A DNA stretch of 64,000 bases. Origin: an uncultured Shimia sp. (GTDB taxonomy: Bacteria; Pseudomonadota; Alphaproteobacteria; Rhodobacterales; Rhodobacteraceae). Of the stretch, positions 34,200 through 43,827 are shown piece after piece. The translations under genes were made by a program, and so were the position numbers. The number at the start of each line of letters is the position of its first letter. Positions within the stretch are counted from its first letter, which is position 1. The stretch is taken from NCBI RefSeq assembly GCF_947498095.1, contig NZ_CANMJE010000012.1, positions 10,029 through 74,028 of the forward strand, written 5' to 3'. Under the pieces are notes generated by a model. That model had not been told where the DNA came from. It did not search any database and worked only from the letters and a program-made list of their open reading frames with translations.

Positions 34200-34960
34200 G
34201 CTTTCTTGAACTCAAAGACGCGACGCTCAAGTTTGGTGGCGTGACGGCGGTCGACAACCTGTCTTTCTCGGTCAACGAAGGCGAAGTCTTTGCAATTGTC
34301 GGCCCGAATGGCGCAGGCAAGTCGACGGTCTTTAACCTGATCTCGCGGTTTTATGATCCGCATGCGGGCTCGATCACCTTTGACGGCCATGATTTGTTAA
34401 AATCCAAGCCCAGTGAAGTGGCTACCTTTGGCGTGGCCCGCACATTCCAGAACATCGAGTTGTTCGATCAGGCGACGGTGTTGGAAAACCTGCTGGTTGG
34501 ACGCCACCGTCATCGCAAAACCAATCTGGTGAACGAGATCTTCTTTACCCCATCTGCTAGGAAGCAAGAGTTGCAGAACCGGCACTTTGTCGAAGAGATA
34601 ATCGATTTCCTCGACCTACAGGCCTATCGCGAGAAACGCATCGCGGGGCTTCCTTATGGTGTGCGTAAGGTGGTCGAAGTTGCGCGTGCGCTGGCCACTG
34701 ATCCTAAGCTGTTGTTGTTGGACGAACCGGCCTCGGGACTGTCGGTGGAAGAGACAACGGATATGCGCTGGTGGATTGATGATATCCGTCGGCAAATGGG
34801 GATCACCGTTTTGATGGTTGAACACGACATGGGGCTGGTGTCCGGCGTGTCCGACCGCGTTCTGGCGATGGCCGATGGCGCGCGTCTTGCATTGGGAACC
34901 CCTTCCGAAGTGCAATCTGATCCGGCAGTGATCGAAGCCTATCTGGGGCATGTGGCATGA
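34196..34960 (+). CDS. ABC ATP-binding protein (LivG-like)
   Basis: GPNGAGKST Walker A; LLLDEP. Confidence 0.93.
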   Translation: MSFLELKDATLKFGGVTAVDNLSFSVNEGEVFAIVGPNGAGKSTVFNLISRFYDPHAGSITFDGHDLLKSKPSEVATFGVARTFQNIELFDQATVLENLLVGRHRHRKTNLVNEIFFTPSARKQELQNRHFVEEIIDFLDLQAYREKRIAGLPYGVRKVVEVARALATDPKLLLLDEPASGLSVEETTDMRWWIDDIRRQMGITVLMVEHDMGLVSGVSDRVLAMADGARLALGTPSEVQSDPAVIEAYLGHVA

Positions 34961-35730
34961 GTGAACCCATTCTGAAAATCCGCAACGTCGAAAGCTTCTA
35001 TGGTCCGATTATGGCCATCCGAGGTGTGTCTCTTGACGTGCATCAGGGCCGGATCGTGTCGATCCTTGGCGCCAATGGTGCGGGAAAGACCACGTTGATG
35101 AAGACCGTCTCAGGTGTGATGGACCCCGAAAAGGGTCAGATCATCTTTGAGGGCATCGAAATTCAAGGGCGTGAACCTCATAAGATCGTGCATGATGGCA
35201 TCGTGCATGTGCCCGAGGGGCGCGAGGTATTCCCGCTTTTGACGGTCGAGGAAAATCTTGCTCTCGGGGCTTATACGCGCAGCGATTCAAAAGGCATCGA
35301 ACGCGATCGCGAAATGGTCTTTGACTATTTCCCGATCCTAAAAGAGCGTCGCAAGCAAGAGGCTGGAACCCTGTCGGGTGGCCAACAGCAAATGTTGGCG
35401 ATTGGCCGTGGTTTGATGGGCAATCCCAAGGTTATGCTTTTGGACGAACCCTCGCTCGGGCTCTCGCCGCTGTTGGTTCAGGAAATCTTTACGATCCTGA
35501 AACGCCTTAACGAAGAGCAGAACATGACCATGATGCTGGTCGAGCAAAACGCCAGTGCCGCGCTGGAATTGGCGCATGATGGCTACGTCATGGAAGTGGG
35601 GCGTATCGTGATGGATGGCACCGCCGATGAGTTGCTCAAATCCGAAGACATCCAGAATTTCTATCTGGGTGTTCAGGAAGAAGGCTCGCGTGAAGCGCGG
35701 CGCTGGAAACGCAAGAAGACCTGGAGGTAA
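34957..35730 (+). CDS. ABC ATP-binding protein (LivF-like)
   Basis: GANGAGKTT, LSGGQQQ, LLDEPSLGL. Confidence 0.93.
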   Translation: MSEPILKIRNVESFYGPIMAIRGVSLDVHQGRIVSILGANGAGKTTLMKTVSGVMDPEKGQIIFEGIEIQGREPHKIVHDGIVHVPEGREVFPLLTVEENLALGAYTRSDSKGIERDREMVFDYFPILKERRKQEAGTLSGGQQQMLAIGRGLMGNPKVMLLDEPSLGLSPLLVQEIFTILKRLNEEQNMTMMLVEQNASAALELAHDGYVMEVGRIVMDGTADELLKSEDIQNFYLGVQEEGSREARRWKRKKTWR

Positions 35731-35735
35731 GCGAT

Positions 35736-37619
35736 ATGAATGTGCAAACCCCTCTGAACACGGCCGTGATCAATGGCGTCACCTACAATGCCGACGCCGG
35801 TCAACGGCCTGTGCAGGTCGACGGTTGTGTGACCATTCCCGGATTGTTCAAAAAACGTTGTGCCGATCTGGGCACACGCACGGTGCACCGTGAGAAAGAC
35901 CTTGGCATCTGGAAAGCCTATACTTGGGAAGATTACTGGACCCACGCCAAGTGGATCGGCATGGGCCTGCGCAAGTTGGGTCTGAAACGCGGAGAAGTCG
36001 TCTCGATCCTGTCCGAGGACCGCAAGGAATGGGCCTATTTCGACATGGGCATCCAGTCGGTCGGCGGTATTGCATCGGGTGTTTACACCACCGACTCCGG
36101 CGCGCAGCTGACCTATCTGGTGAATGACAGCGCCAGCCGCTTTCTTATTGTGGAAAACGAAGAGCAGCTGGACAAGTTCCTCTCGAACGAAGCGGACATG
36201 CCTGATTTGGCAAAGGTCATCATCCTCGAGGATGAAGGTCTGCACGATCTGGACCACCCACGCTGCATGCTGATTGATGAGCTTTACGAGATCGGCAAGG
36301 CGGCCGAGGCCGAGGCGCCTGGAGCTTTTGAGGAAGAAATCGACAAAACGCAGGCCGGTGATACCGCGCTGCTGATCTATACGTCGGGAACCACTGGCAT
36401 GCCCAAGGGCGCGATGCTGTCGAACGAAAACATCATGGCGGCGATCGAAGCAGGGGCGCGACGCCTGCAGTGTCTGGAAAGCGACAATCAGCTGTGCTTC
36501 CTGCCGCTCTGCCACATCCTTGAGCGCGATGTGTCGATCTATTTCCCGCTCGCGGCGAAGTGCGTTGTGAACTTTGCCGAAAGCCCCGAGACGGTTTTCA
36601 ACAACTTGCAAGAGGTGTCACCTGACACCTTTACCGCCGTGCCGCGCGTGTGGGAAAAAATCTACTCCTCGGTGCTTATCATGGTTCAAGAAGCCACTCC
36701 GGCTGGCAAAGCGGCCTATGGGATGGCGATGAAGGCGGGCGCGAAACGCGCCGACTATATGCTGGCGGGCAAACCCGTGCCAGCGGGTGTTGCGGCCAAC
36801 TTCTGGCTTTGGGATCGGCTGGTCCTGCGCAACCTGCGCCGCATGCTGGGTTTTGACAACATGCGCCGGGGTGGCACCGGCGCCGCGCCGATCTCACCAG
36901 AATTGCTGAAATGGTACTGGTCCATTGGCGTGCCGCTGGTCGAAGGCTACGGCATGACGGAAACCGCCGGGCTCGCGACGATGAACACCCGGCACGAGAA
37001 CACCGTGGGCACAATCGGCAAACCGATCCCCGGCTATGATCTGCGCATTGCCGAGGATGGTGAAATCCAAACCAAGGGCCTGAACAATTTTCAGGGCTAC
37101 TGGCGCAATAACGAAAAAACAGCCGAAACATTTACCGACGATGGCTGGCTGCGCACAGGGGATGTTGGCCGGTTGGACGACAATGGCTTTGTCACGATCA
37201 CCGGACGCCTGAAAGACATCATCATCACGGCTGGTGGTAAGAACATTACACCCGCTGAAATCGAAAGCCGATTGAAGTTTTCGCATTATATCTCAGATGC
37301 GGTTATCATCGGGGACCGGCGCAAGTACCTGAGCGCACTGATTATGATTGATCAGGAGAACGTCGAGAAATACGCTCAGGATCACAAAGTGCCGTTCTCG
37401 AACTTTGCGTCCTTGTGTGCCGCGAAAGAGGTCAAAGACCTTATCGATGCCGAAGTGCGCGCCGTGAATAAAGAGTTCGCGCGGGTGGAACAGATCAAAG
37501 ATTTCCGCCTGATCGATGTTCTTTTGACGGCAGAAGACGAAGAACTGACCGCGACGATGAAGCTCAAACGGTCCTATGTTGAGAAGCGTCACGCGCATCT
37601 GATCGAGGATATGTACTAG
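35736..37619 (+). CDS. Long-chain acyl-CoA synthetase
   Basis: YTSGTTGMPKG, EGYGMTE, WLRTGDVG, GRLKDIIITAGGKNI. Confidence 0.93.
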   Translation: MNVQTPLNTAVINGVTYNADAGQRPVQVDGCVTIPGLFKKRCADLGTRTVHREKDLGIWKAYTWEDYWTHAKWIGMGLRKLGLKRGEVVSILSEDRKEWAYFDMGIQSVGGIASGVYTTDSGAQLTYLVNDSASRFLIVENEEQLDKFLSNEADMPDLAKVIILEDEGLHDLDHPRCMLIDELYEIGKAAEAEAPGAFEEEIDKTQAGDTALLIYTSGTTGMPKGAMLSNENIMAAIEAGARRLQCLESDNQLCFLPLCHILERDVSIYFPLAAKCVVNFAESPETVFNNLQEVSPDTFTAVPRVWEKIYSSVLIMVQEATPAGKAAYGMAMKAGAKRADYMLAGKPVPAGVAANFWLWDRLVLRNLRRMLGFDNMRRGGTGAAPISPELLKWYWSIGVPLVEGYGMTETAGLATMNTRHENTVGTIGKPIPGYDLRIAEDGEIQTKGLNNFQGYWRNNEKTAETFTDDGWLRTGDVGRLDDNGFVTITGRLKDIIITAGGKNITPAEIESRLKFSHYISDAVIIGDRRKYLSALIMIDQENVEKYAQDHKVPFSNFASLCAAKEVKDLIDAEVRAVNKEFARVEQIKDFRLIDVLLTAEDEELTATMKLKRSYVEKRHAHLIEDMY

Positions 37620-37660
37620 GAAACGCAGAATAAAACGACATTACCAACGGGAGGAAAACA

Positions 37661-38821
37661 ATGAAAACATTGGTAAGAAAACTATCGCTGGCGGCGGGTT
37701 TGACCGCTGCAGCGTCCATGGCTTCGGCCGAGGCGCAGGGCGTTACGGATACCGAAATCATCATCGGCTCCGTCAATGACCTGTCTGGCGTTTTTGCCGC
37801 CGTAGGGGTGCCCGCAACCAAAGGCGCAAACCTCTATTTTGACAAGGTGAACGCTGCGGGTGGTGTGCACGGGCGTACGATCCGTTTCATCACCGAGGAT
37901 CACGGCTACCAGATGCCGCGCGCGATGCAGGGCTATAACAAGCTGTTGAACCGCGACAAGGTGTTCGCGATGATGCAATCGCTTGGCACGCCCATGAACA
38001 TGGCTGGCTTTAAGCTGCTGGACCCCAAGGGCATCCCGAACGTTGCGCCTCTGACGGCGGCCCGTCAGATGTTGCAGGATCCGATGGACAATAAGTTCAC
38101 GTCGTTCTCGACCTATGTTGATCAGGCGCGCGTTGGCGTGAAGTATCTCTCAGCCGAATTTGGTGGCACCAAAGCTTGTGCGATGTACCTGCCAAATGAT
38201 TTTGGCAAGGAAATCCTCGAAGGGGCCAAGATGGGCGCCGAAGAGGCTGGCATCGAATTCGTTGCCGAGACCACCCACAAGCCGGATGAAAGTGACTTTG
38301 TTGGGTCTCTGTCCAAGCTGAACGACGCCGGCTGCCAGGTTATCGCCGTTGGTGTTCCTGTGCGTCAGGCGATCACCATCGTTGGCACCGCCAAAAAGAT
38401 GGGCCTCGCCGACATGAAGTTCCTTGGCACATCCGCCAGCTTCTTGACCGTTGTGGCCAAAGTTCCCGGTGGCATCACTGAAGGGTTCTATGCAGCCGCC
38501 AGCTGGCAAGATCTTTGGGCACGTGCTTCTGATCCGGTTCCAGCAGCGTTTATTGCTGAGTACAAAGAGGCCACAGGCGAAGACCCTGTTGGGTTCTCGA
38601 TGCTGGGCTACAGCGCTGCCGCACTGCTGGTGCGCGGGCTTGAAGCGGCGGGTCCTGACCTGACGCAAGAAAGCTTTATCGCAGGCATGGAAACGCTCGA
38701 CTTCACAGACGAATTGGTCGGCAACCACATCGACTATGGTCCCGATGACCACCAGGGTGCGAATTCGGTTTATGTATCTGTCGTTAAAGACGGCAACTGG
38801 ATGAAAGTCCACGAAGAGTAA
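37661..38821 (+). CDS. HAAT-type ABC substrate-binding protein
   Basis: Signal peptide AEA-QGVTDTEIIIG, DLSG, NAAGGVHGR; type I periplasmic-binding fold. Confidence 0.92.
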   Translation: MKTLVRKLSLAAGLTAAASMASAEAQGVTDTEIIIGSVNDLSGVFAAVGVPATKGANLYFDKVNAAGGVHGRTIRFITEDHGYQMPRAMQGYNKLLNRDKVFAMMQSLGTPMNMAGFKLLDPKGIPNVAPLTAARQMLQDPMDNKFTSFSTYVDQARVGVKYLSAEFGGTKACAMYLPNDFGKEILEGAKMGAEEAGIEFVAETTHKPDESDFVGSLSKLNDAGCQVIAVGVPVRQAITIVGTAKKMGLADMKFLGTSASFLTVVAKVPGGITEGFYAAASWQDLWARASDPVPAAFIAEYKEATGEDPVGFSMLGYSAAALLVRGLEAAGPDLTQESFIAGMETLDFTDELVGNHIDYGPDDHQGANSVYVSVVKDGNWMKVHEE

Positions 38822-38878
38822 TCTTCCTCTGGCGGGCGCAGCACTGGCGCCCGCCACTCTCTGATTTCAGGTGACACT

Positions 38879-40057
38879 ATGACGGATTTGCAAGAATTCC
38901 GCGCCGCAATCCGCGCGTGGCTGGAAGAGAATTGCCCAGAGGAAATGCGCCAGCCAATGTCCGAAGCGGACGTTTGCTGGGGCGGTCGGAACTGGGAGTT
39001 CCACTCGGATGCACAACGGATCTGGCTGGAGCGCATGGCTGCACGTGGCTGGACCGTGCCAACCTGGCCCAAAGACTGTGGCGGTGCCGGGCTGAGCGGC
39101 GATCAGGATCGCATTCTTAAGGAAGAGATGACCCGTATTTCGGCGCGTCCTCCCTTGCAAAGCTTTGGCATCTGGATGCTGGGGCCAGCACTGTTGGCCT
39201 TTGGAACCGAAGCGCAGAAACAGCATTACCTGCCGCAGATTGCGCGCGGCGAAGTGCGGTGGTGTCAGGGGTATTCTGAACCTGGCGCGGGGTCGGATCT
39301 GGCTTCGTTGCAGACCAAGGGTGTGGATTGTGGCGATCACTTTGAAGTGTCGGGCCAAAAAATCTGGACCTCATACGCGGACAAAGCTGACTGGATTTTT
39401 TGTCTGGTACGCACGGAACCGGAAGCCCCCAAACACAAGGGCATCTCATTCTTGTTGTTTGACATGACCTCTGAAGGAGTCACGACCAAACCGATCCAGT
39501 TGATTTCGGGCTCCTCGCCGTTTTGCGAGACGTTCTTTGACAATGTGAAGGTGCCAAAAGCGCAGATCGTGGGCGAACGCGGTACCGGCTGGACCATCGC
39601 CAAGTATCTTCTGACTCATGAACGTGAAATGATTGGCGCCACAGACTCGGCGCTTTTTGGCAGCGACGATCTGGTCGAAGTGGCACGCGAAGCACTGGGC
39701 GTTGATGAACAGGAGCGTCTGGACGATCCGATCCTCCGCGGGCGCATTGCCGATTTCCTGATCGATGAGATTGCCTTTGACGCAGAACTGGCGAGGGCCA
39801 AGTCGTGGATCCGTGCGGGCCAACAGTTGGGGGCTGAGAGTGCAACGCTGAAGTACACCGGCACTGAGCTGAATAAGCGACGTCAGGAACTCATCATGGC
39901 GGCAGGTGGACTGGCCGCGCTCGAGTGGGACTTTGCCAACGCCGCAGGCGACGAAAAAGCCTCGCTCTGGCTGCGCTCCAAGGGCAACTCGATTGAAGGC
40001 GGCACATCCGAAGTGATGTTGTCGATCCTGTCCAAAGCCGTTCTGGAACTGGGGTAA
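38879..40057 (+). CDS. Acyl-CoA dehydrogenase, catalytic subunit (PimC/FadE26-like)
   Basis: WCQGYSEPGAGSDLASL, GQKIWTS, GNSIEGGTSEV (catalytic Glu). Confidence 0.92.
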   Translation: MTDLQEFRAAIRAWLEENCPEEMRQPMSEADVCWGGRNWEFHSDAQRIWLERMAARGWTVPTWPKDCGGAGLSGDQDRILKEEMTRISARPPLQSFGIWMLGPALLAFGTEAQKQHYLPQIARGEVRWCQGYSEPGAGSDLASLQTKGVDCGDHFEVSGQKIWTSYADKADWIFCLVRTEPEAPKHKGISFLLFDMTSEGVTTKPIQLISGSSPFCETFFDNVKVPKAQIVGERGTGWTIAKYLLTHEREMIGATDSALFGSDDLVEVAREALGVDEQERLDDPILRGRIADFLIDEIAFDAELARAKSWIRAGQQLGAESATLKYTGTELNKRRQELIMAAGGLAALEWDFANAAGDEKASLWLRSKGNSIEGGTSEVMLSILSKAVLELG

Positions 40058-40061
40058 GGCC

Positions 40062-41162
40062 ATGCGATTGTTGAGTGAAGAACAGACGATGATCCGCGAC
40101 ATGGCGGCTGGGTTTCTGGAAGAAAAAGCGCCTGTGGATGCCCTGCGCAAACAACGCGACAACGATGGCGGCTATGATCGCGCGCTGACGGGCGAGATGG
40201 CGGAGATGGGCTGGTTTGGCATGTTGCTGGAGGAAGAGGCCGGGGGCGTGGACATGGGCGCCGAAGCGGCCGGTCTGGTGGCCGAGGAGATGGGACGTCG
40301 CCTGTCAGCTTCTCCCTTTCTGTCTTCAGGTGTTATGTCGGCGGTAACCCTGCGCGCGACGGGCAGAACAGATTGGGCTGCAAAGGTTGCCGAAGGCAGC
40401 GCGGTTGTCGCGATGGCCATAGACGAACGGGTCAAGCACCGCCCGGACGCGATTGCCACAACCGCGGCAAAATCAGGCAACGGGTTTGTGTTGAACGGTG
40501 CCAAGCGCTTTGTCACCGATGGGGCTGGGGCGGACCGCGTGATCGTGACCGCCATAACCGAGGATGGCCTTGGGTTGTTCCTGGTCGATCCGCAGCTGGA
40601 TGGCGCCGAGACCCGCGACCTCAAAACGGTGGACAGCCGCAATGCCGCCGATCTCCGTTTCGACAACGTTCAACTCGATGGTGCTGCGCTTTTGGCATTG
40701 GGGGATGCGGCGCAGGAGGCTCTTGATGGTGCCTTGCGGGTTGGCCGATCGGTGGCTTCGGCGGAACTGGTGGGCGTGTCCAAGGAGATGGCCGACCGCA
40801 CGTCTGCCTATCTGAAAGAGCGCAAGCAATTTGGGATGGCGCTGTCTAGTTTTCAGGCATTGCAGCACCGCGCAGCCGACCTTTACACGCAAATCCAGAC
40901 CACAGATGCCGTTGTCGCAGCGGCCCTGCAAGCTATCGACACAGGTCACGACGATGCAGAGTTGTTGTCGCGCGTGGCCAAGGCCAAGGCTGGCAAAACA
41001 GCCTCGCTTGCGGTGCGTGAAGCGCTGCAGATGCATGGCGGGATCGGCATGACCGACGCGCTGGATATCGGCCTCTTCATGAAAAAGGCCCGTGCCTGCG
41101 CCGAGTATCTTGGCGATGGTGAGTGCCACGGCGATTGGCTGTTGCGGCAGCGTGGGCTTTAG
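40062..41162 (+). CDS. Acyl-CoA dehydrogenase, partner subunit (PimD/FadE27-like)
   Basis: YLKERKQFG...FQALQH, QMHGGIGMT; lacks the YSEP-GSD and IxEGT motifs. Confidence 0.88.
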   Translation: MRLLSEEQTMIRDMAAGFLEEKAPVDALRKQRDNDGGYDRALTGEMAEMGWFGMLLEEEAGGVDMGAEAAGLVAEEMGRRLSASPFLSSGVMSAVTLRATGRTDWAAKVAEGSAVVAMAIDERVKHRPDAIATTAAKSGNGFVLNGAKRFVTDGAGADRVIVTAITEDGLGLFLVDPQLDGAETRDLKTVDSRNAADLRFDNVQLDGAALLALGDAAQEALDGALRVGRSVASAELVGVSKEMADRTSAYLKERKQFGMALSSFQALQHRAADLYTQIQTTDAVVAAALQAIDTGHDDAELLSRVAKAKAGKTASLAVREALQMHGGIGMTDALDIGLFMKKARACAEYLGDGECHGDWLLRQRGL

Positions 41163-41184
41163 ACGCGAACAGGAGGGGAAACTC

Positions 41185-43275
41185 ATGGGAGACGTGCAAA
41201 CACAACACCGGACTTGCAATATCTGCGAGGCCATGTGTGGCCTGATCGTAGAGCATGACGGCGAAAACGTGTTGTCGATCAAGCCGGATGTGAATGATCC
41301 GCTGTCGCGGGGGCATATCTGCCCCAAGGCGGTGGCTTTGCAGGATTTCCGCACCGATCCGGACCGGATCACCGCCCCCATGCTAAAGGTAGATGGTGTG
41401 TTTCAGGAAATCACCTGGGACGAGGCCTATGACATCGCGACTGAGAAACTGCGCGCCGTGCAAGAGGTGCATGGACGTGACGGGGTTGGGGTCTATCTGG
41501 GCAATCCCAACGCCCACAAGTTCGGCAACTTGTTGAATCTGCCTGCCTTGGTCAAAGCGCTTGGCACGAAGAACCGTTATTCTTCGGCCACGGCAGATCA
41601 AATTCCGCACCATGTCGCGTCAATCCACATGTTGGGCCATCCCATGCTGATCCCCGTGCCGGATGTGGAACGGACTGACTTTATGCTGATCATTGGCGGC
41701 AACCCGGTTGTGTCCAATGGCTCGATGATGACCGCGCCGGGATTTGGCAAACGCATAGATGAGATCAAATCACGAGGCGGGTGTGTCGTCGTGATCGACC
41801 CGCGCCGCACTGAGACCGCAGAAAAGGCCAGCGATCATCTGTTTATTCGCCCGGAAACCGATGCCTTCCTGATGCTGGCGCTGATCCACGAGGTCTTTGC
41901 CGCTGGTCTGGTCGACCTTGGTGCATTGGCGGGCAAGGTCACTGGGTTGGAAGCGCTGCAAGAGGCCGTAACGCCCTTCACACCTGATCTGGCGGCCAAA
42001 CGGACTGGCATTCCGGCCAACATCATCCGTCAGCTTGCGCGCGACTTTGCAACCAGCCCTTCGGCGGTGTGTTACGCGCGCATGGGGGCCTCGACCCAGA
42101 GTTTTGGTAGCTTGTGTCAGTGGGCCAACAATGCGCTCAACATCATTACAGGGAATTTTGACCACGAAGGCGGGGCCATGTTCACCACGCCAGCACTGGA
42201 CTATGTCGGGATGACCAGCCGTAAAGGGCAGGAGCGCACATACCCAGAGCGTCGTTCACGCGTATCTGGCCAGCCGCTCTACAATGGCGAGTTCCCGGTC
42301 TCGGTTATGGCCCAAGAGATGGAAACGCCGGGCGAGGGCCAGATCAAGGCGCTGGTCTGCGTGGCGGGCAATCCGGTGCTGACGGCACCGAATGGGCGTC
42401 GCATTGAACAGTGTCTTGAGGGGCTCGATTTCATGCTGGCGATCGACATTCATGTCAACGACACCACGCGCCACGCAGACTTGATCCTGCCCGGCACGGT
42501 CGCACTGGAAGAAGACATCTATGACATGGTGTTCCATAGTTTTGCGGTGCGCAATACGGCGGCGTATGCGCCTGCGATTTTCGCGCCCCCCAAGGGCAAT
42601 CCTAAAGAATGGGAAGTGATCGCGCGTCTGACAGCCCGGCTGACCGGGGCCAATCAGATCGGCCCGTCGCCAGAGCAGTTTCTGAGTATGCTGCTCCCGC
42701 AAGGTTATCACGGTGATACGGTTAGTGTGGCTGCGTTGCTGGAAGCCGGGCAAAGTGTTGACCTTGGCCCATTGGTGCCAAATGTCACCACCCGATTGGA
42801 AACGTCGGACGCTATGATCCACGTCGCGCCGGATGTCTTTGTCGAAGATTTGCCGCGCCTCTTGAATTTCGCGCCGGCCCAAGATCAGAGCTATCCATTG
42901 CAGATGATTGGTCGGCGGCAAGTACGCAGCCACAACAGCTGGACCCAGAACAGCCCGCGACTGGTCAAGGGGCGCAATCGGTGCACGGTGGAAATTCACC
43001 CCGAGGATGCTGCGCGTCTAGGGGTTACGGATGGATCAGACGTGCAGGTACGCTCAAGGGTGGGGGACGTCATCATGCCGGCCGAAGTGACCGATGTGAT
43101 GGCACTGGGCGTGGTGTCAATTCCACAAGGCTGGGGCCAGAAGAACGGCAACATCGGCGCGGCCTCTGCCCAGCCAACCACCTCGATCAACGATCTGACC
43201 GATGACAGGCGCATAGATCCGATTAGCGGCAATGCGGCCTTTAACGGTGTGGCGGTGTCTGTCACGCCGGTCTGA
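41185..43275 (+). CDS. Uncharacterised Mo/W-bisPGD oxidoreductase with an N-terminal 4Fe-4S cluster
   Basis: CNICEAMC...HICPKA, GGNPVVSNGS, VIDPRRTETA, ADLILP, GRRQVRSHNSW, IHPEDA. No Tat signal. Start moved to ATG 41185 (GGAGG RBS). Confidence 0.9.
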   Translation: MGDVQTQHRTCNICEAMCGLIVEHDGENVLSIKPDVNDPLSRGHICPKAVALQDFRTDPDRITAPMLKVDGVFQEITWDEAYDIATEKLRAVQEVHGRDGVGVYLGNPNAHKFGNLLNLPALVKALGTKNRYSSATADQIPHHVASIHMLGHPMLIPVPDVERTDFMLIIGGNPVVSNGSMMTAPGFGKRIDEIKSRGGCVVVIDPRRTETAEKASDHLFIRPETDAFLMLALIHEVFAAGLVDLGALAGKVTGLEALQEAVTPFTPDLAAKRTGIPANIIRQLARDFATSPSAVCYARMGASTQSFGSLCQWANNALNIITGNFDHEGGAMFTTPALDYVGMTSRKGQERTYPERRSRVSGQPLYNGEFPVSVMAQEMETPGEGQIKALVCVAGNPVLTAPNGRRIEQCLEGLDFMLAIDIHVNDTTRHADLILPGTVALEEDIYDMVFHSFAVRNTAAYAPAIFAPPKGNPKEWEVIARLTARLTGANQIGPSPEQFLSMLLPQGYHGDTVSVAALLEAGQSVDLGPLVPNVTTRLETSDAMIHVAPDVFVEDLPRLLNFAPAQDQSYPLQMIGRRQVRSHNSWTQNSPRLVKGRNRCTVEIHPEDAARLGVTDGSDVQVRSRVGDVIMPAEVTDVMALGVVSIPQGWGQKNGNIGAASAQPTTSINDLTDDRRIDPISGNAAFNGVAVSVTPV

Positions 43276-43382
43276 TGCTGATGGCCATGTGATGGAGGGT
43301 GCAAGCTGTTTCGAAACTCTTTGGTGCGGAATAGGTAGAAGGATATGGTGCGGGCGAAAAACTCTGAAAGAAGGTCGGCCAG

Positions 43383-43772
43383 ATGAAAGCTCTGAACCCT
43401 AAAAGAATTGCACCGCCCTTTGCAGCCTACAGCCATGGCGTTGAGGTCACCGTGCAACGATTGATCTTGACCAGTGGGCAGCTCGGGTTGGCCGCAGACG
43501 GTACGATCCCAGAGGGTGCCCGGGCCCAGGCGGAAATCTGTTTTGCCAACATTGACGCGATCCTGGCCGAGGCCGGTTTGGATCGGTCGCACATTTTGAG
43601 GCTGAACGCCTTTGTCACTGACCGCTCTCATATGGCTGGGTACATGGTTGCCCGGGACGCTTATCTTGAGGGGCTGGACGTGTTGCCCGCCTCTACTTTG
43701 GTCATCGTCTCGGGGTTCACACGCCCTGAATTCGTGGTCGAGATTGAGGTCACGGCAGGGGTGGCTGCCTAA
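43383..43772 (+). CDS. Rid/YjgF-family protein lacking the catalytic Arg
   Basis: YSHGV, TSGQLG, PASTLV (not PARS), PEFVVEIE. Confidence 0.88.
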   Translation: MKALNPKRIAPPFAAYSHGVEVTVQRLILTSGQLGLAADGTIPEGARAQAEICFANIDAILAEAGLDRSHILRLNAFVTDRSHMAGYMVARDAYLEGLDVLPASTLVIVSGFTRPEFVVEIEVTAGVAA

Positions 43773-43775
43773 CGA

Positions 43776-43802
43776 AAAAGCCCTGACCAACAGGCCGGGG
43801 CT
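43776..43802 (-). terminator. Terminator after pckA (possibly bidirectional)
   Basis: Minus strand AGCCCCGGCC-TGTT-GGTCAGGGCT followed by TTTT. Confidence 0.7.
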
Positions 43803-43827
43803 ATTCAGAATTCACGATTGTGTTCGA

